This document shows positions 51,616 through 61,233 of a DNA stretch of 64,000 nucleotides, piece after piece. The notes under the pieces were generated by a model that did not search any database, was not told the DNA's origin, and worked only from the letters and a program-made list of their open reading frames with translations. A program made the position numbers and the translations under genes. How positions within the stretch are numbered: the first letter of the stretch is position 1; the number at the start of each line of letters is the position of its first letter. The DNA lies in the IMG/VR virus record IMGVR_UViG_3300025314_000001, positions 42,686-106,685 of that record; one strand, given 5' to 3'. Source of the stretch: a virus.

Positions 51616-52472
51616 TTGGACACGTCTGACTCGGGTTCGTTGGGACAGTAGAACGGAGCACGTAGGGCGCGGACCGTGTCCGGAGCCGGCGTGAAGCTCC
51701 TGTCCGGAGGGGGCGCAGGAATCGTGTCTGCCGTCTCACGCGGCGGGGGAGGGTAGGAGTGTCCAGCGTTGGGACCCGGCATGGCTTACCCCGCCCTCCT
51801 CGCCCGCCTCTCGCGCTTCGCGGCGTTCTTCTCGGCCTTGGGTAGGCCGGCGGCAGGGTGATGCGGGAAGAGTTTTTGGGTAGCGGTGATGGGCTTCTCC
51901 TCTCGGCCATGACCGGGGCGCGCTCGGCTCTTACGCGGCGGGTAGTAACGGTGCCCATCCTCGTCCGAGCCGCGAGGCCTCGCGGGCTCTGGCCCCTCCT
52001 CGGCGTTCTGGCCAGGCCCAACCATTCCGCACAACAACAACGCTGGAAGCAACTTCAGAATATTCACGCCTTCCTGCCTTTCCCGTTCCCGTTCGCTAGA
52101 ACTGCTTCGACCGCCCCGCGGGGCAGGCCGAGAATCCGTTCCCCCTTCTCGCGCGCGTCAAACCACAAGCGCGCCTCGACCTCGCAGGCACTGTTCGCGT
52201 TCATGCGCCCGTCGGGCGTCAACACGATGCCCGTGCATCGCCACTTGACCGGGCTATGAGGCGGAGGTGTCAAGTTGCTCACGGAGCTACTAGTCACTTC
52301 CTACTTCCGATTCGATCGATCAGCTTTTCGCCCAAAGCGATGAACAGGACCGGCAGGGCAAATGCTAAACCGAGGCACACCACGAAACCTAACGCAATGC
52401 AAACTTCAGCCACTTCGTTATCTTTCTTGAGCTGGCTACTCATGGATGGGTGAAGTGATGTTCATGGTCCGT

Positions 52473-52742
52473 TTAGTCTTCGACTTTCGTCCACCCATCT
52501 GGGGTGTACTGTCTCTTGTGCGACACGATGGGTTCTCCGATTGGTAGCTTGATGTCCCTGTGCTCCGCCGGAACGTCGTTTCGCTCGTGACGCAGCACCG
52601 ATGATCGCGGTAGCTTAAGAAGCATCAGCTCTCTCTCGAGCTGATACATGGACGCTTGTCGATCTCGTACCGTGTGCTGGTGGCCCGTTACTTCTCCATC
52701 ACCCAGTACAAGTTTCCCGTTTTGTCGCTTGATCTTGTCCAC
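52473..52742 (-). CDS. Small partner of the DUF6745-like protein
   Basis: GEVTGHQH..L.H..EH..I.LP..RQY.P motif. Confidence 0.6.
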   Translation of the reverse strand: MDKIKRQNGKLVLGDGEVTGHQHTVRDRQASMYQLERELMLLKLPRSSVLRHERNDVPAEHRDIKLPIGEPIVSHKRQYTPDGWTKVED

Positions 52743-52743
52743 T

Positions 52744-53817
52744 CTATGCCTCCTGAACGAATTCCAGTTGTGGGTTTGTGTTGCACTCGTCGACCGACGG
52801 CCAATACAGAGACTCTCTCGGGGCGTAAACCACCACGACGTCACCATGCCGGTAGTACCGAGCCCCAGGATCCCGACTAATCCGGATCTGCCATTTGCGT
52901 GCTGCTTGGGCGCTATTCAGTCCAGGGTCTACTGGTTCGATGAAATCTGGCTGTGATCCGTCGTGAAGTGGAGGACTCTGCATCTTCAAGTATCGCGGTT
53001 CCAATTCTCCACTTCTATGGACCGATTCTAGCAGTTGGTATTGCAGGCCTGTGCTCGGGCAGGTCCAGGCGTCAATCTTCGTGACACCACGAAGGTATAG
53101 GTAGCGTTCCCATCCGAGCCGCTCAGCGATACATCGGTGAATCTCTGAATTGCGCTCTTCCGCAAGCTCTTCGTGGGTAAACGACTCTGGAGAGTTGATC
53201 GCTCGCTCCGGAACAAGGACTCCGTGCCAACAATAGACCTCGTACCCGTCGCGGTAGCGTAATGCTGGACCTTTATCATTGTGGAGCCGCGGAGGCTCGC
53301 GGTTGGTTTCCCAGGAAACGTGCTCCGGTCGGTCAGAGCACACACAAAGCCCGTTATATGGCCACCACCATCCGCAGGACTTCGTCACCTCTGACCATAA
53401 CCGTAAGTCCGCACTGGACTGCGGTTCGTACCGGACATGGAGTTCATCCTCCATGAAGCGGTAGAAGGAGACCCAGTAAGCATCTTGGGATCCCCAAAAT
53501 ATCGAGTCCACAAGCGAGTCCTCAAGCGAGGCCCGAAGCGAGGCCCCAAGCGAGGCCCCAAGCGAGGCCCGAAGCGAGTCCTCAAGCGAGGCCCCCGGAA
53601 GCTCACGCATCACGGCAATCGCTAGTAACGCTGTAGCCGGCGACTGCGTCCACAGAAACTTTGGGGCAGGTTTTCCGATCCGGGCATACATCGAAGCTAT
53701 CGATTTTTCTGCGCGTGGGCGATCTGCCGGTTCCGTGGAAGATCCGATAGCGAACCATCGTGCGCGAAACTCGACGAGCGTTTTCTTCTGTTCTGGGGTT
53801 ATCTTCGTTAGCTTCAT
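52744..53817 (-). CDS. DUF6745-like protein
   Basis: T.PADRP.AE, SCGWWWPY, RLHNDKGPALRY.DG..WHGV, ERNSE; 12-bp repeats at 53511-53595. Confidence 0.75.
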   Translation of the reverse strand: MKLTKITPEQKKTLVEFRARWFAIGSSTEPADRPRAEKSIASMYARIGKPAPKFLWTQSPATALLAIAVMRELPGASLEDSLRASLGASLGASLRASLEDSLVDSIFWGSQDAYWVSFYRFMEDELHVRYEPQSSADLRLWSEVTKSCGWWWPYNGLCVCSDRPEHVSWETNREPPRLHNDKGPALRYRDGYEVYCWHGVLVPERAINSPESFTHEELAEERNSEIHRCIAERLGWERYLYLRGVTKIDAWTCPSTGLQYQLLESVHRSGELEPRYLKMQSPPLHDGSQPDFIEPVDPGLNSAQAARKWQIRISRDPGARYYRHGDVVVVYAPRESLYWPSVDECNTNPQLEFVQEA

Positions 53818-54039
53818 GGTATCCACCGAATTGACAACGCTACCCAACAGACCACTAGTCCGGCCATGAAGAGCCCTACCCAAACATCGAGCGCTCGGTC
53901 CTGCATCACGACCCCAACAGCAACTGCCCAACGGCAAATCCGATTCCGATCGCGAACAGTGCTCCGATGAGCCACCATCCTAGGATTTCGGACAACTTCA
54001 ACGAGCCACCATCCGCAGATGATTCACGCCACCCGTCGT

Positions 54040-54327
54040 TCATGCCGCCCGCTCCTTCTTCTTCAGGACTCCGCTCAGATCGACCAATTCGAGCTTCGCC
54101 AGAAGCTCCCCCGGCACAGGGCGCCGGCCGCTCACATACGCCTGCAGGGTGTTACGGTGGACTCCCAGTGCGATTGCCGCTGGCTCGAGCTTGAGCCCCC
54201 GCTCTTCCAGCTTACGAAGCAAGGCCCTTGCGACGTACCGGCGCAGCAATACACGTTCTTGTACGGCTGACGACTGATGAGTCGGCATACTTACCGGTAT
54301 GAATTGCGCAAACTCGAATCGTTTCAT
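54040..54327 (-). CDS. XRE-type HTH protein (CII-like position)
   Basis: AAIALGVHRNTLQAYVSGRR. Confidence 0.65.
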   Translation of the reverse strand: MKRFEFAQFIPVSMPTHQSSAVQERVLLRRYVARALLRKLEERGLKLEPAAIALGVHRNTLQAYVSGRRPVPGELLAKLELVDLSGVLKKKERAA

Positions 54328-54778
54328 GGGGCCTCTTCGTGTTGGCGAGCTCGGTAGCCGCCGGACTGTTGGTCGTACTGAATCTGCTGCTGTCCAAAGA
54401 GAAGCTCGCCCAGCGCACACACCAAGTCCCGGTGCTGGTCCTCGGTCGTCACGCCTAGCCGACGTGCGATTTCAGCAGCAGTCACGGCTTCGCCCGCGTC
54501 TTTGACGACCTCCAGAACCTGGCTAATCACGAACCCGCTCCCTTCCCGATGAAGCGCGCGTGGGCCAGGCATAGAATCGAGCCCTCAACCACAACCGCGC
54601 AGTTCCGGCACACCGGGCGCCCGCACACCGTGCCCTCGGGGGCATCCACGAGCTCTCCCTTGCGCCGGATCTTCACGATCGGGTGCTTACAAGCTCCGAC
54701 GGCACGCGTGCCGCAACCCGGTGTGTCGCATGGCTCACGCTTGCTTCCGCAGCTAAAAACGGTGATGCCGGCCATGGG

Positions 54779-55066
54779 CTAGGCCGCCGTTCTCTTTTGT
54801 CGTCTCGGTGTCTTGCATGGGCGCTGCGGAATCTTCGGCAGCGCGGCATCGGACCGATCTTCCTCTCCCCACGCACGAACCGGCACACCGAGCAAGCGCT
54901 CGATCGCGTTGGCCGAAGGGTGATTCGGTACCTGTAGTCCGTTCACCCACCTGGACACAGACGCTGGCTCCGTAGCCAGCACCCTGCGCATTCGACGTAC
55001 CAGATCGGCCTGGGTCCACCCGCGCTCCTGCAGAACTCGCCGAACCATACGCACCGCAGTCACCAT
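54779..55066 (-). CDS. Cro-like repressor
   Basis: GWTQADL..SVSRWVNG..P; divergent from the CI-like gene. Confidence 0.75.
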   Translation of the reverse strand: MVTAVRMVRRVLQERGWTQADLVRRMRRVLATEPASVSRWVNGLQVPNHPSANAIERLLGVPVRAWGEEDRSDAALPKIPQRPCKTPRRQKRTAA

Positions 55067-55073
55067 GCGGGCC

Positions 55074-55102
55074 ACTATGTTGCGGTTCAACAATGTTGTC
55101 AA
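55074..55102 (-). promoter_or_regulatory. Lytic (cro) promoter with overlapping palindrome
   Basis: Minus strand TTGACA-N17-CATAGT; CAACAATGTTG palindrome at 55088-55098. Confidence 0.6.
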
Positions 55103-55157
55103 GAAGTATCAGACGGGGCCAGTAGATCGGCGACCAAACGGCCGATACAAGAGAGAT

Positions 55158-55622
55158 ATGCCACGTCGATCCACGAAACCGACCCCGGAAGTCACGACGC
55201 TCCACTGCCGTCTTAACGAGGCCATGGAGTATGCCGGCTATTCTGGGGAACGCGGAGACCTACGGAAGTTCTCTGAACGCTCTCATATCGACGTCGCGCT
55301 GATTTCGAGATACCGGCGCGGGAAAAGTACGCACGGAATCACCGCCGACATGGTCGTGCGGCTGGCCAGGTTTCTAGATGTCCCGTGTGGCTGGCTTCTC
55401 GCGAGTGAAGGTGTTGCACCGTGGGGGCATGGGGACACGTCTCTCCGCGTCCACAACGCCGCAGCACTCAACTCGGTACGGGGCGGGGCCTCGACTGAGG
55501 CGGGCAATGACCCGACGACAGTAATCAAGGTTCCCGGTGGCGGTCGCCAAAAGTACGATAAATTGGCCGCACGCGCACCGGCGATAGACCCTCGCACACC
55601 ACGCATCGCCAAGAGGAAATAG
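55158..55622 (+). CDS. CI-like repressor
   Basis: RLNEAM..ISRYRRG..LARFLDVPCGWLLASEG. Confidence 0.72.
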   Translation: MPRRSTKPTPEVTTLHCRLNEAMEYAGYSGERGDLRKFSERSHIDVALISRYRRGKSTHGITADMVVRLARFLDVPCGWLLASEGVAPWGHGDTSLRVHNAAALNSVRGGASTEAGNDPTTVIKVPGGGRQKYDKLAARAPAIDPRTPRIAKRK

Positions 55623-56812
55623 TAGCGTCATCATTGCGGGTAGCGCCCTCCCTTCCGTTGGACCCACAGTCTTACCACGACTCTGTGGCTCCGCGTAACA
55701 CCAAAGCTCGCGCGCCCGCACGTACGCCGCGTCTACTAAACGCGTAGACGACGCGACCCGTAGGTCAGATGGCCTATCTTACGCCCGGTCAAGATTGTTT
55801 ATTGACAATGTTGTTTCTTTGCTGCAAGGTCGACCCATGACGCCATCCGCAGCCGTCGAAGCCGCCAAAAAGCGGATTCATCTCCTGGTGGCACTGCGGG
55901 ACGCCCAGCCGCAGGTCGCTACTCCAGAGGGTTTGGCGATGCGCGCGGTTCAATTGGCAAAACACGATGGAGCCATCGAAGCGTGGCAGGGAGCGATTCG
56001 CTTGATACGGCAAATCACTTAGTCAGCACATTGACGGTCTAGCGCCACGAAGCCGGGCCTGACGACTCGAATCCCACCGGTCCCCCCCTCTGTGCCGATT
56101 CTGTCGCTGGTCCGCCTTCGTAGCACAAGCCACCGCTAATCCAGCCTTGGGCTCGGCTCACCATTGCGATTCACGGGCGTTTCTTTTCCGCGGGTGAGCC
56201 GAGCCGAGGGAATGATGGCGAAACAACCCACCGAAGACCAGCTGCGCGACGCGAGGTCGCACCTGTACGTCGCGCTCGTCCAGAGCTTGCCGTCGGACGA
56301 GCCGTTGATCCTGGGCCACGTGCGAGAGGCCCTGCTCCTGTTGGGCGGCACCCCTCCAGACGCGGTTCATCTAGAGAGAGCCGCGTCATGATTCCGAGAG
56401 CACTCGCTCGGCGAGTTCTGTGCGACCTTTTGCGCGCAGCGACTAAGGCTCCGGAGTTCAGAACGACTAGAACGCTCCATTTGGTCGGACTGCTCGATGC
56501 GGCGCAGGAGGGGACTTGAAACTCGAAGACCTGCAAGGTCACCCGGACTTCCGGGACATCACCGCGCTCCTGCTGCGGGATCAGATCATGCTCGCTATCA
56601 GCCCCCCGGTGGGGCCGCGGGGCGGATGGTACGTCCAGCTCTACGACCGTGTGACCGGAGAGCTCGGGGTCGGACGAAGCCCCAACGCGGTAAACGCGCT
56701 CATCCTGGCGACCGCTAGCCTAGAGCGAGCAAACGTGCAGCACGCCCAGGAGAGCAAGGTCAGGAACGTGCCGGACTTGGGAGAGATTGTGGCCAAGGAG
56801 GCGAGCTGATCC

Positions 56813-57082
56813 ATGCAAGTCGACCTCGGTTCCACATGGCCCAACCCGGAGGGCATCGTCGAGATGACCGTCTTTGCCATCCACGATCACCCGTTGGACT
56901 ACCCAGAGGGATTCGTAGTGCGGCGCCACTGGGTGCGCCGGGGGCAGACTGAGCCGGTGGCGGACGTGGTCCCGAGGTTTGCGAAGAGCCTCGATGAGGC
57001 GAGGGAGTGGATTCCACAGGGGTTCGTGCGGATGGCGCGAATGCAGGGGGATGACCTTTCGATTTATGAAACCTGGATTTGA
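56813..57082 (+). CDS. Hypothetical protein
   Basis: HP.DYP.GFVVRR..R..GDD..I.ETW. Confidence 0.55.
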   Translation: MQVDLGSTWPNPEGIVEMTVFAIHDHPLDYPEGFVVRRHWVRRGQTEPVADVVPRFAKSLDEAREWIPQGFVRMARMQGDDLSIYETWI

Positions 57083-57110
57083 ACTGAAACACGAGAAGTG
57101 AGGGAATGAG

Positions 57111-58313
57111 ATGGCCGAAATCAAGCTACCTCCGAGCAAGGGAGAAGATCCGGTTCCGATCGCCTACCTGAGCGACCAACAGCTCGGCTTCTGGGAGAAG
57201 TATCTCGGGGACCAGTTGCGCGACGACCCCGACGGGAAGTGGGCCTCGAGCAACCGGCTCAAGCTGGACACTGTCCAGAAAGAGCGGGCTGCACGCGCCA
57301 ACGGGAAGTCCCAGGCTCCGTCGACTCCGGCGGCCACCAAAGAGGCGCTTCACGAGCGCGTCAAGATTCCGCCGGAGCTCCTCATGCCCATCGAGGACCC
57401 GAAGGATTTCACGGCCCGGATGGCTGAGCTCGACAAGTACGCCAACCTACTGACTAGCGCGACAACGCTCGATACTCTTCCCCCCGGGTGTTCGCTCACT
57501 CTTGGCAAGCTCGACGTCTACGGGGACCCCTCGGACGGCATGGTCTACAAGCAAAAGAAAGACCCCACGGAAGGCGGTCCAGACCGGTTCTCGCTCGGCG
57601 GCGGGGCGCTGAAGAAATTGGCGCTCTTGGCAAACATCAAATATCTGGACCACAAGCCGGAGTTCCTGCCCGGAAATCCAGGTTACCGCGACGAATACGG
57701 GAAGTACCCGTATGGCCCGCCGCACCCGTTCTTCCAGCGCTGGACCTGCCGCGGGACGCGCGAAGAGCTCGACGGTAGCGTGCTCGACAAGACCGAGGAG
57801 AAGACGGTCGACCTACGGGACGGATCCCCCGAAGCGTCGATCCAAAGCGATAAGCAGCTCGCGCGCTCTCGCGTGAACATCGAGCAGGCCACGAAGACCA
57901 AGGCGAAGTACCGACTGGTCCGGGTGCTGCTCGGTCTGAACGACGCCTACACCCAGGTCCAGCTCTCCAAGTCGTTCGTCGTCGTGCGGCTGTACCGGCA
58001 CGGGAACTACGTGACGGGCAACGCGGAATTCGACTCCCAGATCAAGATGCTGAACTACCTCCGGGTGCACCAGGCCAATCTGCTGCTCTTCGGGAAGGGG
58101 CCGACCGAGGCGATTCACGAAGCCTCGAGGCTCCTGGAATCGCAGCTCAAGACGTCGGTGCCGGCGCAGCTACCGGCGGGCAGCCCGAAGCCTGCCGAGA
58201 CCTTCGACCGGGACGGGGTATCGGACCAGACCCAGGGCGCAGAAGAGGATGGGGACGATCCGGACGACGAAATCGACGACATGTCGGACTTCGGCGACAC
58301 CGACAAGGTCTAG
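57111..58313 (+). CDS. Putative ssDNA-annealing/recombination protein
   Basis: ATKTKAKYRLVR resembles SSAP motifs; acidic tail; precedes the exonuclease. Confidence 0.45.
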   Translation: MAEIKLPPSKGEDPVPIAYLSDQQLGFWEKYLGDQLRDDPDGKWASSNRLKLDTVQKERAARANGKSQAPSTPAATKEALHERVKIPPELLMPIEDPKDFTARMAELDKYANLLTSATTLDTLPPGCSLTLGKLDVYGDPSDGMVYKQKKDPTEGGPDRFSLGGGALKKLALLANIKYLDHKPEFLPGNPGYRDEYGKYPYGPPHPFFQRWTCRGTREELDGSVLDKTEEKTVDLRDGSPEASIQSDKQLARSRVNIEQATKTKAKYRLVRVLLGLNDAYTQVQLSKSFVVVRLYRHGNYVTGNAEFDSQIKMLNYLRVHQANLLLFGKGPTEAIHEASRLLESQLKTSVPAQLPAGSPKPAETFDRDGVSDQTQGAEEDGDDPDDEIDDMSDFGDTDKV

Positions 58314-58323
58314 GAGGACACCC

Positions 58324-59004
58324 GTGGCACCACGACTTCGATTGCCGGACGGCGCAGTCGTCCCGGCCGTGACCTCGATCATCAACCGGTTCAAGGACTC
58401 CGGTGCGCTCATCAACTGGGCGTGGCGCGTCGGCAAGGCCGGCGAGGACCTCCGGGGATTCCGGGACCCGGCGGCTGCTTCGGGCAAGATCGCGCACGCT
58501 TTGATCGACGCCCACAACAAGAGCCAGGCCCCCAGGATTCCGACTGCCATGGAGCTCGGAGTAGACCCCGACGTCTATAAGGTTGCCCTCATGCAGGGAC
58601 AGAATGGGTTCGAGGGGTTCAAGGAGTGGGCGTCGGCTGAGGAATTCTCGGTCATCCATAGCGAAATAGCGCTCGTGAGCTCAGAATACCGATTCGGTGG
58701 TGTGCTGGACGCCATCGGACGGTGGCGGGGCCGCCGGGTGGTCGCCGACTGGAAACTCGCGTCCGGGGTGTACCTGGAACACCTGTTGCAGTTAGCGGCC
58801 GAGCGCGTGCTTGCCCAGCAGAAGAAACCCGACGAGCCGCCGGACGTTCTGCTGCTCCAGATCGACAAGGGGACCGGGGAATGTATCCCCCACACCTGGT
58901 CGGTGGAGACCCTGGACGAAGCCTTCGAGATGTTCATGGCGCTTCGCCGGGCCTACAGCTTCGACGCGAAGCTCCAGGGGCTGTGTCGCGAGGTGGCGGC
59001 GTAA
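58324..59004 (+). CDS. PD-(D/E)XK exonuclease (RecB/Cas4-like phage exonuclease)
   Basis: PAVTSII, GKIAH, GGVLD..VADWK, QLAA. Confidence 0.82.
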   Translation: MAPRLRLPDGAVVPAVTSIINRFKDSGALINWAWRVGKAGEDLRGFRDPAAASGKIAHALIDAHNKSQAPRIPTAMELGVDPDVYKVALMQGQNGFEGFKEWASAEEFSVIHSEIALVSSEYRFGGVLDAIGRWRGRRVVADWKLASGVYLEHLLQLAAERVLAQQKKPDEPPDVLLLQIDKGTGECIPHTWSVETLDEAFEMFMALRRAYSFDAKLQGLCREVAA

Positions 59005-59450
59005 CCCTAAAGGCAAACCACCATGCGTATTTACAAGTACCAGTTCAATCCCCAGTTTGGGGAGTTCTCGATTCCTATGCCCAGAGGGGCACGTGTCCTT
59101 GGCGTGCAACTGCAGGCAGACACCCCATGCATCTGGGCGATTGTCGATCATCTCTGCAGGGAGATCCAGCACGGGTTCGTGTCGGTAGGTACCGGTCATG
59201 AACTACCCATGCCGAAGCATTCGGCGTTCGTAGGAACGGTCCAAATGGGTCCGCTGGTCTTTTCACCTGTTCGACCTGGGCGAAAAGTCGGGCTCCACGG
59301 CGTAGCCAAAAGACGTTGCCGGCCTTCTAGCGCTGTCCCGCGAACGTGGTGGGATGGCTCGAGTGAACGCCGGGGGAGGAACGCGGCTCCCTGAACCATG
59401 CGTGGCACCCCGGAGAGACGGGAACCCCACAAACCCAACCCGGAACCTGG

Positions 59451-60299
59451 ATGAAAACTCTATGCTTTTATCACCGCTCGGACCTTGACGGCCACTGCTC
59501 GGGCGCCATCGTGCACCGAGCTCATCCGGACGCCGAGCTCATCGGTATCGACTACGGGGACCCGTTCCCGTGGGACAAGATCGACAAGGAGACCGAGGTC
59601 ATCATGGTCGACTTCAGCATCCAGCCCATCGATGGCATGGTGCGGCTCCAGGAGTCCTGCGAACGGCTCGTGTGGATCGATCACCACGAGTCGGCCATCA
59701 AGGAGTCCGCGAAATACCCGGCGCTCTACATGACGCCCGGTCTCCGGTTGATCGGAAAGGCCGCCTGTGAGCTCGCTTGGGAGTGGTTCTTCGAACGATC
59801 GACAGTTCCGATGTCTGTGTTCCTGTTGGGGCGCTACGACGTTTGGGCGTTGGATGCTCACCCAGACGTCCTGCCCTTCCAGTACGGGATGCGGTCGCTA
59901 AAGAAAACCACCCCTGACTTCTCCCCGCTCTGGGTGGCGTTGTTCTCGGGCGACCCCGACTGCGTACAGCACCTTTGCGAGGTCGGCCGCACAGTGCTTG
60001 ATTTCCAGGACACTCAGGACGCCCAAGCCTGCGCCGGTTGCGCGTTTCCGGCAGAGCTCGCTGGCCTCAAGGTGATCGCGCTTAACCGTTCACTCGTGAA
60101 CTCGCGCTCCTTCAAGAGCGTTTGGGATCCGTCGCTCTACCAGGCCATGTGCGCGTTCGTTCGGCGACCGAACGGTATCTGGTCCGTGTCCCTCTACACG
60201 GACCGGGAAGACGTGGACGTCGGCGAGTTCTGTAAGCGGCACGGCGGTGGAGGGCACCGGAAGGCCGCGGGGTTCCAGATGAAGGCCTGCCCGTTCTGA
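59451..60299 (+). CDS. DHH/DHHA1 phosphoesterase
   Basis: DLDG, VDFS, IDHH, GGGGH.KAAGF. Confidence 0.92.
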   Translation: MKTLCFYHRSDLDGHCSGAIVHRAHPDAELIGIDYGDPFPWDKIDKETEVIMVDFSIQPIDGMVRLQESCERLVWIDHHESAIKESAKYPALYMTPGLRLIGKAACELAWEWFFERSTVPMSVFLLGRYDVWALDAHPDVLPFQYGMRSLKKTTPDFSPLWVALFSGDPDCVQHLCEVGRTVLDFQDTQDAQACAGCAFPAELAGLKVIALNRSLVNSRSFKSVWDPSLYQAMCAFVRRPNGIWSVSLYTDREDVDVGEFCKRHGGGGHRKAAGFQMKACPF

Positions 60300-60313
60300 G
60301 AAAGGAGACCACC

Positions 60314-60709
60314 ATGCTTCCAGAAAAGGTGATCGATATGGTCGAGCAGTGCGGAGGGAAAGTGGACGAAGTTGGGGTTTTACCCGACGGTTCGGGCTTC
60401 GCCACCGCGAGCTTTCCGCTTCGCGCCGACCACTGGCTCCACAAGCCGGGGTACAACGTACCGCCTATGCCGATGCGCGTTGGTACGGGTCCGGAGCGAG
60501 ATAGGCTTGCGGCACAAATCAGCGAAGCCGCGCGCTACGCCGTTCGCGTAACGACGGTGAACGGAGAGGATAATGACTACGACCCGGACGCCTGGGTACA
60601 GAACATGATCGTCGGCCTGCTCGGTTACTGGACTCAGGACGGGTTGAGTGCCGAAAGTTCGGATAACCCAGACGTGCTCCCTGACCCGTTCCCTCCGGGT
60701 AGCGAATGA
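60314..60709 (+). CDS. Hypothetical protein
   Basis: AGGAG RBS; coherent ORF. Confidence 0.6.
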   Translation: MLPEKVIDMVEQCGGKVDEVGVLPDGSGFATASFPLRADHWLHKPGYNVPPMPMRVGTGPERDRLAAQISEAARYAVRVTTVNGEDNDYDPDAWVQNMIVGLLGYWTQDGLSAESSDNPDVLPDPFPPGSE

Positions 60710-60714
60710 TTCTA

Positions 60715-61190
60715 GGGCGCGCACCTCGTCCTGCGTTGGAAGGCAGAACTCCCCGGCGGCGCACGCCTGGGGGGGAAGGTGCAGCTTTGCTGGCTCAAGG
60801 AAACCAGTACCCGAGGGCGGTGGTGCTCAGCCCCACGCGCCGGAGCGGACAATCCGGACCAGGCCCTGGAGGGCTAACGGTGGTGGCGGCGTGGCCAGAT
60901 GACACGCGCGTGCGAGCCATGCCCGCGGCTGCCGGCTCAACGGAGGTCGGCAGTGCTTGCGTACACCCACGGAAACGGGGTGCTCGTCCGGCCTCTCGTG
61001 TCTCGCTACGGGGCAGGGGTACAAATGCGTTCCGGACGAGTGTTCCGGCTGCACCACCGCCAAGCCCACGTGCTAGTTCACTATGAGGACCGACAGCAAC
61101 AATATCGATTCCTGCTCGTTCAATCAGTGCCAGTAGGCACTACCCCCCGCGACGTTCAGAGCGCCGGTTCGAGTCCGGCGCTCGGGGCAA
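60715..61190 (+). ncRNA. Candidate large structured ncRNA
   Basis: Nested long-range stems and many hairpins; ends in a T-loop hairpin. Strand inferred from the T-loop and GAAA loop. Confidence 0.5.
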
Positions 61191-61233
61191 CAATTATCAC
61201 CAACACAGTTGACATCTAACGACGGAAATACTA

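Noticed and set aside
53511-53595. 12-bp tandem repeats as a regulatory or diversity element
   Set aside because: They are in-frame xASL repeats typical of the low-complexity linker in this protein family.
58324-59004. Cas4 adaptation gene for the CRISPR locus
   Set aside because: It lacks the four-Cys Fe-S motif and sits with a recombination gene; an ordinary phage exonuclease is more likely.
61159-61190. Complete tRNA or tmRNA gene
   Set aside because: Only a T-loop hairpin is present; no D or anticodon arm or matching acceptor 5' strand at the proper spacing, and no CCA.
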